This document shows, in pieces, positions 14,164-25,433 of a stretch of 64,000 bases of DNA. The notes beneath the pieces are model-generated. The model made no database searches. It was not told where the DNA came from and was given only the letters and a program-made list of their open reading frames with translations. Source of the DNA: Adineta vaga (Eukaryota > Animalia > Rotifera); NCBI GenBank assembly GCA_021613535.1, contig CP075495.1, forward strand, positions 15,438,001 to 15,502,000. The letters run 5' to 3'. The first letter of the stretch is position 1. Every line of letters starts with the position of its first letter. Position numbers and translations under genes: made by a program.

Positions 14164-15038
14164 TTCCTATTCTAAATTTTCTATCGGTGTCTTAGTTGAA
14201 TCGATTTATTTTCTATTTTATAATTCAAACTTAAACTGTTCTTGAAATTTGTTTTCGTGCAAATAACTCCTCTTCTCGGTTAAATCTTTTTAATCTTTCT
14301 ATTTTATTTGTAAAATAAAGAGAAAAAAAATCCCTGAACTTACCATTGACAACTTGATTTTAATTTTAAAAAAATCCAAATGTTTGATATTATTTTTCTT
14401 AACTCGACCAAGATCAATTATATTTCGTTGAAATAAACCATTTTATTTTATTATATATTTATCAAATTTTTTCTTTTCTTTCATTGGTCTGCTTAAATCG
14501 TCTAGACGTCTTGTTTTCGAAATGTAAGTTGGAAAAAAAAACACCTACTCATTTGACGTTTATTTTTATTTCTCTCGAGTCGCCGAAAACAAGCCATTTA
14601 ACAGAACAAAATTGACTTGAAAATAAAAGATAAAACACGCACAAATATATGGTGTCAGATTTCTAAATTAACTGATAACATTTTTCTTAAAAATACCATT
14701 TATTGTCTGAGATTTTGTTTTTGAAATAAAAACAATAATTAACTCAACTAACTATAGTAGAATGTAAACGAAGATAAATAGAGATCGGAAGTACCTAATA
14801 CATTGGAAAATATTTCCAACTAACTTGGAAGTATGTATCATGAAAAAAGAAACCAACAAATAACGGAATGAAATCAATGTAAGAAATAATAACTATTATC
14901 ATGGTGGTTTTTTTCCCATGGAATTATTGATTAAATAATTAAACATGGTAATATCCCAGATTGTTTATTCTAAGATGCCTATTTAATCGATGAAGTATTT
15001 TCGTAGAAAACTATCATTGATTCTCATTCAAAATCCAA

Positions 15039-15321
15039 ATGAATCCAAATAAGTAAATCATTTGAATATTTTCGTTTTCAGAAAAATTCTATTCTTTACT
15101 TTTTTTATTCATTTAGTTTCGAAACGAAAAACTTAAATATGGAAAATGATCTAAAACAAATGACAGATGCTCAAAAGGCAAGTGATCCAATCAAATTTGA
15201 TGAACATGTAGATAAAGTGGGTCATTCCATAAAAACTGAAATGAATGAAGAAACAAAAGCTGTTCAAGAATCAAACAAAGGAAATTCAACTGATCAATTA
15301 GGAAGTCAATCAATTAGATGA
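15039..15321 (+). CDS. Small hydrophilic 72-aa protein, 2 exons
   Basis: ATG AAT CCA AAT AA|gt...ag (intron 15053-15116) joins in frame to the 15139 ORF. Charged and polar composition with no Cys or Trp. Confidence 0.55.
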
Positions 15322-16382
15322 ATATTTTTATCAATTATATTATGTCGTATGTATATATTGTCTTTTCTGTTCAATCGAGTCTCACTGCAATTTAATCATT
15401 CTAATATGAAATATCAAGGGATTTATTTTTTGTATTAATAAACAAATTTATTTACAAAGATTTTCGTTAACAACAAACGAAACAAACTTACCTGTATTCA
15501 TTACTTGAATAGTTCCGTTTTAGTAACACAAAACAAATGACGACATAGGTACAACCAAATAGAAAATATGAAAGTTGGAAGTTTTTTTCTCTATGATGAG
15601 GGAAAATACCCAGACATGAAAGAAAATAAATATTGTTTTGAGCACAACAAAAATATGTATAAAATTGTGATAAACATATTCCTTTTTGTAACATTAATGA
15701 AGAATTTGTACAAATAATCATAAACTTTATCTTTCCTATGAATAGAATTTTGATGTTATATTATTAGTTTCATCTCTTTCGTTAATATATCATAGGATAA
15801 GATTGTCTACTTCTATGATAAGTTAATCAGATTCTACAATGATCGAATAATTATTTACTTTAAAAAACAAATTCTGTATCATGATGTAATGTTTGATTTT
15901 CAATAAGTTTCATCACTCCCATTCACAAACAACGACACAGAAGAATATTTATTTGGTCGATATAAGATCTTGATAGATTGAGGAAAAAAAATACATTGTG
16001 CTATTCAATAACAGCACCTAAGTCGAAGTTGAAATAATTATTCAGTATATATTCATATTTTGTTAAGAAAATGGGAAACAATACTTGGAATATCCTTTTC
16101 TCTCAAAAAGTAATCATGATGAAAGTGCTGTGGTTTTATAAGAAAGTTATAAATACGTAAATACTAAATATGATAAGAACACGTGTTAATATTCGATATG
16201 ATGAAGAAAGATATAAACTTTAATTTCATTGATGACGTGACGAGTAATAATGGTTAGAAGTTTTTTTCTTTTCTTTTCTATTTTAGTTTTGCTTCGTGTC
16301 ATTGACATTGTTATACCTAACTATTACATTCTTCTTCTCATATAGATTAGTCTGTTCAATCAAGTTTAATGAGAAATCAATA

Positions 16383-16416
<34 letters not shown>

Positions 16417-16524
16417 CTATACATGTCGTTCTGATAGTGTCCTTTTCTAACTATATAAATAATAGATACGGTTTTTGTAATGATGAATGTTCGTTCTTTC
16501 TAGAAAGTGATCAATTTTTCAAGA

Positions 16525-17385
16525 ATGGACGAAAAACTATTGATCAATTTACAATGGAGATCATTTATACGTTACTGTGCAGAGCATGGAAAAGAAGGTA
16601 TTGTCAAAGATATGGATTGTAATGTAACTCTGTATTCCACACGATCTTTTCTGATCTTTACAAATCGTTTCTTTTTATCATCAGCTGTTTTGGACGAAGA
16701 AGATCTACGCCAACGTTTAAATGGAGTCAATGCATATTTGTTGAAAAACCCTCAGAACTATCCATGGGTGTTATATATCGAACGTCAGCTACTTCCCGAT
16801 GATCTGCGTGAAAAATCTAAAAATATCTTCTCAGAAAATGGATTTCATCTTGAAGGTACATACAAATGTATGCAAACAACAAGTTTACTTCCACCAGTGC
16901 GATCATTACCTATTGTAGACATCGAATTTGCAACATCTGAACGTATTATTTATGACGCTCTATTGTTGAATACTCAAGCTTATAATTTGGATTCATCTGT
17001 TACTGGTAGTATTATAGAACATCAGACAATATTCACTGATTTTAACAAACTAATTTGCTGTGTGGTTTACATTGATAGTAAACCAATTTCAACTGCTACA
17101 ACTATGTTGTTAGATGAATGTTTGTATGTTGTATTAGTCGCTACACCTGAACAACATCGACGAGTATATTTTGTCATTGTATAATTTGATTGAAATTTTA
17201 TATTTTGTTTCTTCTAGAATGGTTATGGAGAAGTCGCTCTACGTGCTTCTATGGAACGTGCATTACAAAAGTTTCCACATACAAAATATGGTCTTGTTTT
17301 ACATGCTACAAAATTAGGTCAATCCGTATATCAGCGTATTGGCTTCAAAAATATTACAGATTCGGAGATGTATATTCATAAATAA
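16525..17385 (+). CDS. GNAT-family acetyltransferase, bacterial type, 2 exons
   Basis: Intron 17164-17217 restores VATPEQHRR|NGYGE (motif A) and leads to LHATKLGQSVYQRIGF. Confidence 0.85.
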
Positions 17386-18024
17386 GAAAACAATAGTTAC
17401 ATTAATTATCGAAAAGATTTGAAATTTGAGGAAAAATTCTTAATAGAATCTTTTTACTGAATTATCTTGTTTTATAAATTTATTTAATAAGAATGAATGA
17501 AAGTTTGAATAATACAGATAAATTGATGAATATTTTTTGCTAAACAAGTTGTTTTAGTGGCATTGTACGTCATCTATAATAAAATAGAGAAAAATAATGA
17601 TTTGTTATAAATATATTAATCCGATGTATTTATATTGACTCAGTTATTTATTGATTGAATATATTGCGCAAGACTAACCAATTATTTTATCATCCTAATT
17701 TTTTTCTAATCGAATTATGTTCTTTTACGAAAAAGAATTTTTTGTCAATCTAAGAAGATTAATGTATAAGATCAAAAGATAAATCAGAGACTAACAAAAA
17801 AAAAACGAGGTATATCCTTTCAAATAAATTCGTACGATGAGTCATTCAATTTTGAATTGATATTTTCTTTAAGAAAAAAACAAAACAATTGACATCCTCT
17901 CGAAAAACTACAAACTTTAGTACAGTGAATCGATGACTGTTGTATGTGATCCATGAAGGAAATTCTTTATCCTAACTAATAATTCTACTTAATTGTAGAT
18001 TCTCTAAACAGAAATTACACGACA

Positions 18025-18547
18025 ATGTCGCGTAAGTAAAAAGTTATTTTTTTAATTAATTACAATGTTTTGTTATTCAGAATTTATACCAGGTGGATAT
18101 AAAATTGTTATTTTTCATGATCATATACTTCCTCAACTTACTTCTAATGATTTAATTGAACAATGTTGTGACATGAATGAATTTCACTTAATTTTAAGCA
18201 ACAATCGTTCATTAATACGAGTTTTGGCATGTACGTATGAAATATTTCTTGCTCTTTCCAAAGATTTAATGCCACCGAAACTTGATAAAATATATTTTAT
18301 TAATACATCATCATCAAATGTTTTGTCATCGATGATAAATGAAGATGAAAGTCTTCCAAAAATAATCATTTCTTCGGAAAGAGAATTGATCGTACGTGTA
18401 TTATTAGATATTTCTATATGTTTTTATAATCAATTGAAAAAATATCAAGAAAAAGGTGATCAAAGTTCAGCCAATATATGTGGACAAATTGTTCTTGATG
18501 CACTTGATCTACTCAAACAACACAATGAATATTTATGTCCGCTTTAA
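18025..18547 (+). CDS. Uncharacterised 157-aa protein, paralog of 12532-13065
   Basis: 7-nt first coding exon 18025-18031, intron to 18080, 467-nt second exon. Exon lengths are identical to the paralog. Confidence 0.75.
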
Positions 18548-20662
18548 AAACAAATGTACTTTTTAAATGACGGAAAATATATAAAATGGGTTCTAGAATA
18601 GAATTCTATTAGTTTCTGATCTTGACTCTTTAAATGTAAACTTTGCTCTTATCCAATACGTTCTATAAAACAGATCTTTATTTTAGTTGAAACAATATTT
18701 TATAAAAATTCTATGTAAACATTTTTTTTCTCATTTGCTTTGTTATTCTTTATCAAAAATTGTTCATAAATTTTTCCTTAAATGGATATGGAAATAACTG
18801 TTAATCAACACAAGTCTTTCTACTTACCATTTTTACTTTCTTTTGCATGTATGTTACATGTTGTTTTCGTTCTTTTCATCTACATCATAACGCGTCGGTC
18901 ATCATTTCTGTGTGCAAGTTGGAAAAAAACGACATAATGCTTTTATTCTCTTGTTTTACTTCATCCTTGAATAGAAGAGGATTGGTTGGAAATTTTTTTA
19001 CCTATAAAGAAAACAACATAAATGACAACATCATTCCTGCTATCAAATATCATTTCACTCATATAATGACTATAGATACGAAAAAGGAAGCAAAGAAATA
19101 GTTGGTAAAGAAAAAGAATTTACCTGTTTAGTTTTTTTTCCATTTTGGGAATTATCTCAAAGAATTCGTCATGGAAAAAACCATGTAACGTTTATTCAAT
19201 ATATTGGTTTTTTCCTTCCGCAACTCACCTACTCAATATGACACACAAGGATAATTCCAAAAATTCTCATATAAAAAAAAAATATATATCTTCACTTTCA
19301 TTCATCTCATTTTTTGAAAATAATTATTCAGCAAATGGAGGGTTTACCAGACAATATAATTATTTCGCATCAAATAAATGACAATGCTTCATTTAATCAA
19401 TACATTGACCAAATGCGAGCAACGGTTCAACAGGATTGTCAAACATCACAGCAATCCACACAAGAATCAAATAATAATTCATCAAGTTAATCCAATAGTT
19501 GAATTTCTTACAAATGACGTCCCCTCTTCCCTTCTCTTATGACCAATGTCATTTGTCAATATGCATAGAGAAGCAAAAAACTCTGAATTCGACTGACCAT
19601 CTATTCAGAGCTACGAAGAGAAATATTTGGTCAATAAAAATGTTCTTGTACATTCTCCACACTTTTTTTATAAATGAAATTTTTCTTTTCTTTGAATGAT
19701 CTAGTCATTTAATTTTAATCTTCTTCAATCAAATATTATATTAAAACAAGATATTTTATTTTTTAACAAAATAAAACAAAATAAACTCACATTTTATATT
19801 ATCCATTTGCTTTCAATCGGATTCGATGTTAGAATAATAACACAAATACATCGAATGTATGTAAGTGGGGAAAAACACAGCTTATAATCAAAGAAAAAGA
19901 AAAAGAATGTAATGCGTATATGTGAAAAATACCATGATATTTTATATGTTTGAAGTTGCTTTATAGCATAGTTATTTAAAAAAGTACTGTGTCGAGATAT
20001 TGTTTTGTTAACCAAAACATAAAGAAAACATTTCATTAACCAATTAAAATTGGATATAATCATTTGATAGATTTTGTATTTTCATTATTAACAACAACTA
20101 TTATAATGTTAATGATATATTGTTATATCATTGTAAAGAATATAATTTTCAATAGTCTGGAATTGGATGTAATGTTTGAGCTTCGAATAATTCGATAAAT
20201 TTTGTTGCAATATATGCTTCATTATCTTTCCATGAAATAGTATTTAAAAAAAGTACATCTTGTCGATCAGAGATTATGTACGAAACATCAATTGATAACA
20301 TATCTTGTACTTGTTCAATATAAAGTTTCCAACGAATTTTATCATTTAGAGCTAAACAATTGAAAATATTCGAATGTAAGTCATTTTCTCATATTGACAC
20401 ATCTTATGAAAGAAAATCTGTAGATGTTCTCTTTTCATCGAAATAGATACACATCAATCACTATACATTGTTAACTTGATAAAATCAAAACATATGCAAC
20501 AAATTTTCATGAATATATTTTGATAGAAGTAGAATTTGTTTCTGTTCAATTTTATGATCCATTGAAAAACATAGAACAATATTATACTGAATGAATAGTT
20601 TTGTAAAGATATATTAAATATAAAAAATATGAGTTAAGACATTGAGATGAATATATATAAAT

Positions 20663-21556
20663 TTATTCTAATAATCGATAAACTTCTTCATAAGCAAGAA
20701 AACAAGCTGCATTAATTGGAATAGCTTTAAGAATTCCTGGAAAAAATCCTCGATAAAATCTTTGAATTGAATTATCTTGTTGATAAATTTGTTTAATACA
20801 ATCAAAATATGATGAATATTTTCTATGTCCAGGTCGAAGATCATCTGCTTGAATTTCTAAACGAATTTTATCTAATGGATAACAAATAGACCATGCACAA
20901 AGTCCACCAAATGCTCCACTTAAAAGAATATTTATTCTTAAATGTTTTTCTTGTTTTTGAAAAGGAAATAAACGATATTTTTTTTCATAAAGATGTTTTT
21001 TAATATATTCATAACCACCAAAATAAAACATTGATGTTATTGTTGAACAAATTATTGTTGAAAATAATCCTTTAGAAAATCCTTTTAAACCGCCATTATT
21101 TTCATAAATATATTTTGTACAATCTTTTATAGAAAAATCAAATGAATGTGTATGTCGATGATTTAAATTGCCATGAATTTGTCCGAAAATTAAACCAATT
21201 GGTGTTTCAAAAAATGCTAAACCAAATCCAGTTAATGCTCCACATAACATATATTGTTTTATATCATTTTCATCTTGAATTAAATATCGTTTTAATTGTC
21301 CATAGGAAAAAAATTGTATTGATGTTAAAATCGCTGGACTAATCAATGGTAAATTGAAATTTCCACGATAAAATCCATTGATAATTCCTTGTCGTTTATA
21401 AATCAATTGAAATGAATGAAAAACATTTCGATAAACTCCAGGTGAATTGATCTTTTTTTGTACTAATAATGTTTCAATTGGATGTGAAATAATTACATTT
21501 GTTATTCCACAAACACAACCAGCAAGAAGATCATTTAAAAATGCGTTTTCTTTCAT
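20663..21556 (-). CDS. Mitochondrial carrier (SLC25), carnitine/basic amino acid carrier-like, intronless
   Basis: Three-repeat architecture with GFYRG, YPLDKIR and FYRGF.P...A.P.NAACF.AYE. Confidence 0.9.
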   Translation of the reverse strand: MKENAFLNDLLAGCVCGITNVIISHPIETLLVQKKINSPGVYRNVFHSFQLIYKRQGIINGFYRGNFNLPLISPAILTSIQFFSYGQLKRYLIQDENDIKQYMLCGALTGFGLAFFETPIGLIFGQIHGNLNHRHTHSFDFSIKDCTKYIYENNGGLKGFSKGLFSTIICSTITSMFYFGGYEYIKKHLYEKKYRLFPFQKQEKHLRINILLSGAFGGLCAWSICYPLDKIRLEIQADDLRPGHRKYSSYFDCIKQIYQQDNSIQRFYRGFFPGILKAIPINAACFLAYEEVYRLLE

Positions 21557-21699
21557 TTATTTGAATACATTCAATATTTCATTTTTCTTTTTTCTCGTCT
21601 ATCGTACACGTGTTTATATGTATCATCAAGTACAGTCAGTCGTGCATGACTAAACGTTATTATAGAAAAGAAAAGAAAGGGAAAAAGGGCGTAGAATTT

Positions 21700-22371
21700 T
21701 TATAGAAAAATGTTATTCATTTTATCTTCTAATTTCTTTTTAATTGAATTATTCCATTGATCAAAAGTAAATATATATTCATATTCAATAAATGAATATC
21801 CATTAATTTCCATTTGTTTTTTATTGTCTAATTTTAATCCTGCTGTATTTTCACACCATCCTCTCATTTCTTCATTTAATTCATCAGTTTGAAATTTGAT
21901 TTTCTTTACACCTAATCTTTCAAATGCAAATACAATTGATGTATAAAGTGCTTCTGTTGCATATCCTTTACGAGTTGTATTTTGTTCCGTAATTATTCCT
22001 AAATAACCAATATCATTATCAATTGTAACATAACCTGTTGTACCAATACATCGATCTTTTTCTTCTCCAGATATTGATGATAATAAAATTATATTTAAAA
22101 CACAACTTTTTCCATTAGCTCGTGTTGCTTTTTGCACATTAACTCGATCGGTAAAATCTTCGATAGTCCATTGTTCTTCAACATTTTTCCATCCATTGGG
22201 TGGTTGAAGAAAACGTAAATGTTTTCGTGAAAATGGATTCGAAAAAATCGATGCACAATTTGCTGTATCATCTTCATGATGAGTTCGTAGAAGAAGTCGA
22301 CCAAGATATGATGGAATACTAATAGAATTTGTTTTTATCGATTCATCGAAACAACTACTTGATTCTTCCAT
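21700..22371 (-). CDS. RimJ/RimL-type GNAT acetyltransferase, intronless
   Basis: RLLLR near the N-terminus, CIGTTG, RKGYATEAL, FAFERLGVKKI and TDELN. Confidence 0.85.
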   Translation of the reverse strand: MEESSSCFDESIKTNSISIPSYLGRLLLRTHHEDDTANCASIFSNPFSRKHLRFLQPPNGWKNVEEQWTIEDFTDRVNVQKATRANGKSCVLNIILLSSISGEEKDRCIGTTGYVTIDNDIGYLGIITEQNTTRKGYATEALYTSIVFAFERLGVKKIKFQTDELNEEMRGWCENTAGLKLDNKKQMEINGYSFIEYEYIFTFDQWNNSIKKKLEDKMNNIFL

Positions 22372-22581
22372 AATACTTGAAAAAAGAAAATCTATGCAAA
22401 AGGATAAAAGTTTATGCGTGTGTTTTTTTAGATAAAAGTATATAAGACATGATAAAACATGTGTTCGTTATGACTCATTGTTATTATGCAATTCATGAGA
22501 AATATTTGAAAGTTTATTTGAAATATATTTTGTTTAAAATTGTCTTTTAGATATTTTCGTTAGATTGAATTATTTAATCCA

Positions 22582-23259
22582 ATGAGTGTTATAACAACAA
22601 ATACAGTCGGTCAACCATTTGATTATTATTGTGTATTAGATTTTGAAGCTGTTTGTCATCAAGCTAATCCAGGATCAAAACAAAAATCACCTAATGATAT
22701 TTGGGAAATTATTGAATTTCCTATTTGTTTATTAGAAGCACAAACAAATCAAATTATTGATATTTATCATAGTTATGTTCGACCAACAATTAAATCTCGT
22801 TTAAATGATATTTGTATTCAAATCACTGGTATAACTCAAGATATGGTCGATAATTCACCAACATTTGATATAGTTTGGAAAGATGTTCAACAATTTCTAT
22901 CAAAACATTCATTAATATGTTTAGAAAATGAAAATAAAACTTCTTTATTTAGTTTTACATGGATTACATGTGGAAATTGGGATTTACGAACAATGTTACC
23001 ATTACAATTAAAACAATGTGATTTAGATCGACCAAAATTTATTAATAATTTTATAAATATAAAAGATTTATATATGGAATATTATCCAATGTATCAAATA
23101 CGAGGAATGAAAGATATGTTGAGAAGATCAAATTTAACTTTAGATGGAAGACATCATTCTGGTATTGATGATACGAAAAATATCACAAAAGTTGCACAAT
23201 GGTTAATTCAACAAAAGAAAATATTGAAATTAACAACACATGATTCTTTTATTTCTTGA
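22582..23259 (+). CDS. ERI1/ERI3-like DEDDh 3'-5' exoribonuclease
   Basis: VLDFEA, EIIEFP, YVRP, ITGITQ, TCGNWDL and GRHHSGIDD motifs. Confidence 0.92.
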   Translation: MSVITTNTVGQPFDYYCVLDFEAVCHQANPGSKQKSPNDIWEIIEFPICLLEAQTNQIIDIYHSYVRPTIKSRLNDICIQITGITQDMVDNSPTFDIVWKDVQQFLSKHSLICLENENKTSLFSFTWITCGNWDLRTMLPLQLKQCDLDRPKFINNFINIKDLYMEYYPMYQIRGMKDMLRRSNLTLDGRHHSGIDDTKNITKVAQWLIQQKKILKLTTHDSFIS

Positions 23260-23344
23260 AATTTTGTTTTTAAAGAACAAAAAACAAAAAGATATGTTAT
23301 CAGTTTATTTAGAAATAAAAATATCAAATTTTGAAATTGTAAAG

Positions 23345-25072
23345 ATGAAGATGTTAGGAGTTTTTATATTTCTAATTGGAACAATTCAATGTAAAGAACA
23401 TCTTAGTATAAATGGTCCGTTTGGTAAAAGTCATTTAACAGTTGAAATACCAAGTCCATTTAATTGTAATCGAAGTATTGGAACTTTTTCACATTTTATT
23501 CGTTCAACAAATGTTGAAATAACTGATTTACAAGTTTCATTAACACGTTATTTAAATAATGAAGAAGTTTATGTTTCATGGATACCATCATCAAATTCAT
23601 GTAAAGATGATTTTATTGGAATTTATTTTATTGAAACTCCTCAAATTGAACCGTGTAATTATCTTGATTTTGAATTTGTTAAAGAAGGTGAAAATAATTC
23701 TACATGGTTAATGATTAATATACGTCATCAACTTCAATTTCGTTATTATTCACGTGATGAGAATTGTAATGGAACTTATCAATTTATTGCTAATTCTTCT
23801 ATGATTGAACCATTTAATTACAATGAACCAATACACGTTCATTTAGCTTTTGGTGATCGATATGATCAAATTTATGTTTCATATTTAACAAATTCAAATG
23901 AAATTATTCCTAAATGTCAATATGGTTTTGATCCATCATCACTTAATTTTCAAGTCAATGGAAGTTCAATAACTTATCAAGCATCAGATATGTGTGAAGG
24001 AAAAGCAAATATAACAGGACCACAAACATTTATTAATCCTGGTTATATTCATACAATACTTTTAGAAGATCTTCGTCCATCAACAATTTATTATTATCGT
24101 GTAGGAAGTGATGAACATGGTTGGTCATCAATAAATAAATTTATTAATCGACCATCATCAATTGATGATGAAGTTAATTTAATTGCATATGGTGATATGG
24201 GTGTATCACCAATTCAATCAGGTGCTAAACCTACGATTGATCGAATTTTATCAAGAGTTATTTCAAATAATGTTACTGCTGTATTACATATTGGTGATGT
24301 AAGTTATGCAAGAGGTATTGCTGCATTGTGGGATGCATTTATGAGTCAAATTGAAGCAACAACATCTCGAGTACCATATATGGTTGGTATTGGTAATCAT
24401 GAATATGATCATGTTACTGGAGGTGAAAAAGATCCAAGTGGTGCACCGGGACCTGGTGGATTTCGACCAGAATGGGGAAATTATGGTTATGATTCAGGTG
24501 GTGAATGTGCTGTGCCAATGGTTCATCGTTTTCATTCACCATCAAATGGTAATGGTCTCTTCTGGTATAGTTTTGATATTGGTCCAATTCATATTCTATA
24601 TTATTCAACTGAACATGATTTTCTACCTACATCAACACAGTACGTGTGGCTTGAAAAAGATCTTCAATCAGTAAATCGTTCACGTACACCATGGTTGATT
24701 GTTGGTTCACATCGTCCAATGTATTCTTCCTTAACATATAAAGATTTAATTAAAGAAAAATTACAAGAATATATTGAACCACTTCTCTACAAATATCATG
24801 TTGATCTTCATCTATTTGCACATATTCATTCGTATGAACGATCATGTCCTGTATATAAAAATACATGTGTTTCTGATGGTATTACACAAGTATTAATTGG
24901 TATGGGTGGACATGATTTAACACAAGGTACTTATTCAGATGAAAAATGGAGTATTTATCATGATATTGAATTTGGTTATACTCATATATGGGCAAATAAA
25001 ACACAATTAATATTTAATTATTATCATACAAAAGATGATAAACTTGCTGATCAATTTCATTTGAATAAATAA
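23345..25072 (+). CDS. Secreted purple acid phosphatase, large plant/protist-like type, intronless
   Basis: Signal peptide from ATG 23345. Metal-ligand motifs are GDMG, GDVSY, GNHE, SHRPMY and AHIHSYER, with DSGGEC.VP also present. Confidence 0.92.
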   Translation: MKMLGVFIFLIGTIQCKEHLSINGPFGKSHLTVEIPSPFNCNRSIGTFSHFIRSTNVEITDLQVSLTRYLNNEEVYVSWIPSSNSCKDDFIGIYFIETPQIEPCNYLDFEFVKEGENNSTWLMINIRHQLQFRYYSRDENCNGTYQFIANSSMIEPFNYNEPIHVHLAFGDRYDQIYVSYLTNSNEIIPKCQYGFDPSSLNFQVNGSSITYQASDMCEGKANITGPQTFINPGYIHTILLEDLRPSTIYYYRVGSDEHGWSSINKFINRPSSIDDEVNLIAYGDMGVSPIQSGAKPTIDRILSRVISNNVTAVLHIGDVSYARGIAALWDAFMSQIEATTSRVPYMVGIGNHEYDHVTGGEKDPSGAPGPGGFRPEWGNYGYDSGGECAVPMVHRFHSPSNGNGLFWYSFDIGPIHILYYSTEHDFLPTSTQYVWLEKDLQSVNRSRTPWLIVGSHRPMYSSLTYKDLIKEKLQEYIEPLLYKYHVDLHLFAHIHSYERSCPVYKNTCVSDGITQVLIGMGGHDLTQGTYSDEKWSIYHDIEFGYTHIWANKTQLIFNYYHTKDDKLADQFHLNK

Positions 25073-25433
25073 AGTTTCAAATGATCTTTAAAATTTTATA
25101 GAAAATTTCACACTAAAAATAATCATAATCTTTGAATGTACTTTTAAAGTAAGACATACAATGTGTACTAAATATAACTAATAAACATAATTAAATCATA
25201 TTTCTGCTTAAAATAATTGGCATGAATTTCAAAGCAACAGTCCGTGTTAATTCTTTCTCTTCTCATTTCATCAAGAGAAATAGAATCAAAATAAATTCTT
25301 CATGACGTTTCATTTTCTGTTCTCGACACATAAATAATCAACTATCTGTTTATTTAATTAAAATTTTCTATTCTAGGTAGTATATAAAAATACATTAAAT
25401 TCTCTTATATTTAAGAAAATCATCTTCATTGCT

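Noticed and set aside
18960-19490. Possible small multi-exon gene ending QMEGLPDNIIISHQ...NNNSSS*
   Set aside because: The last exon is plausible, but I could not build a consistent start and splice chain.
23240-23344. Apparent overlap of the PAP ORF with the ERI gene
   Set aside because: The signal peptide begins at ATG 23345, so the upstream extension is probably not translated.
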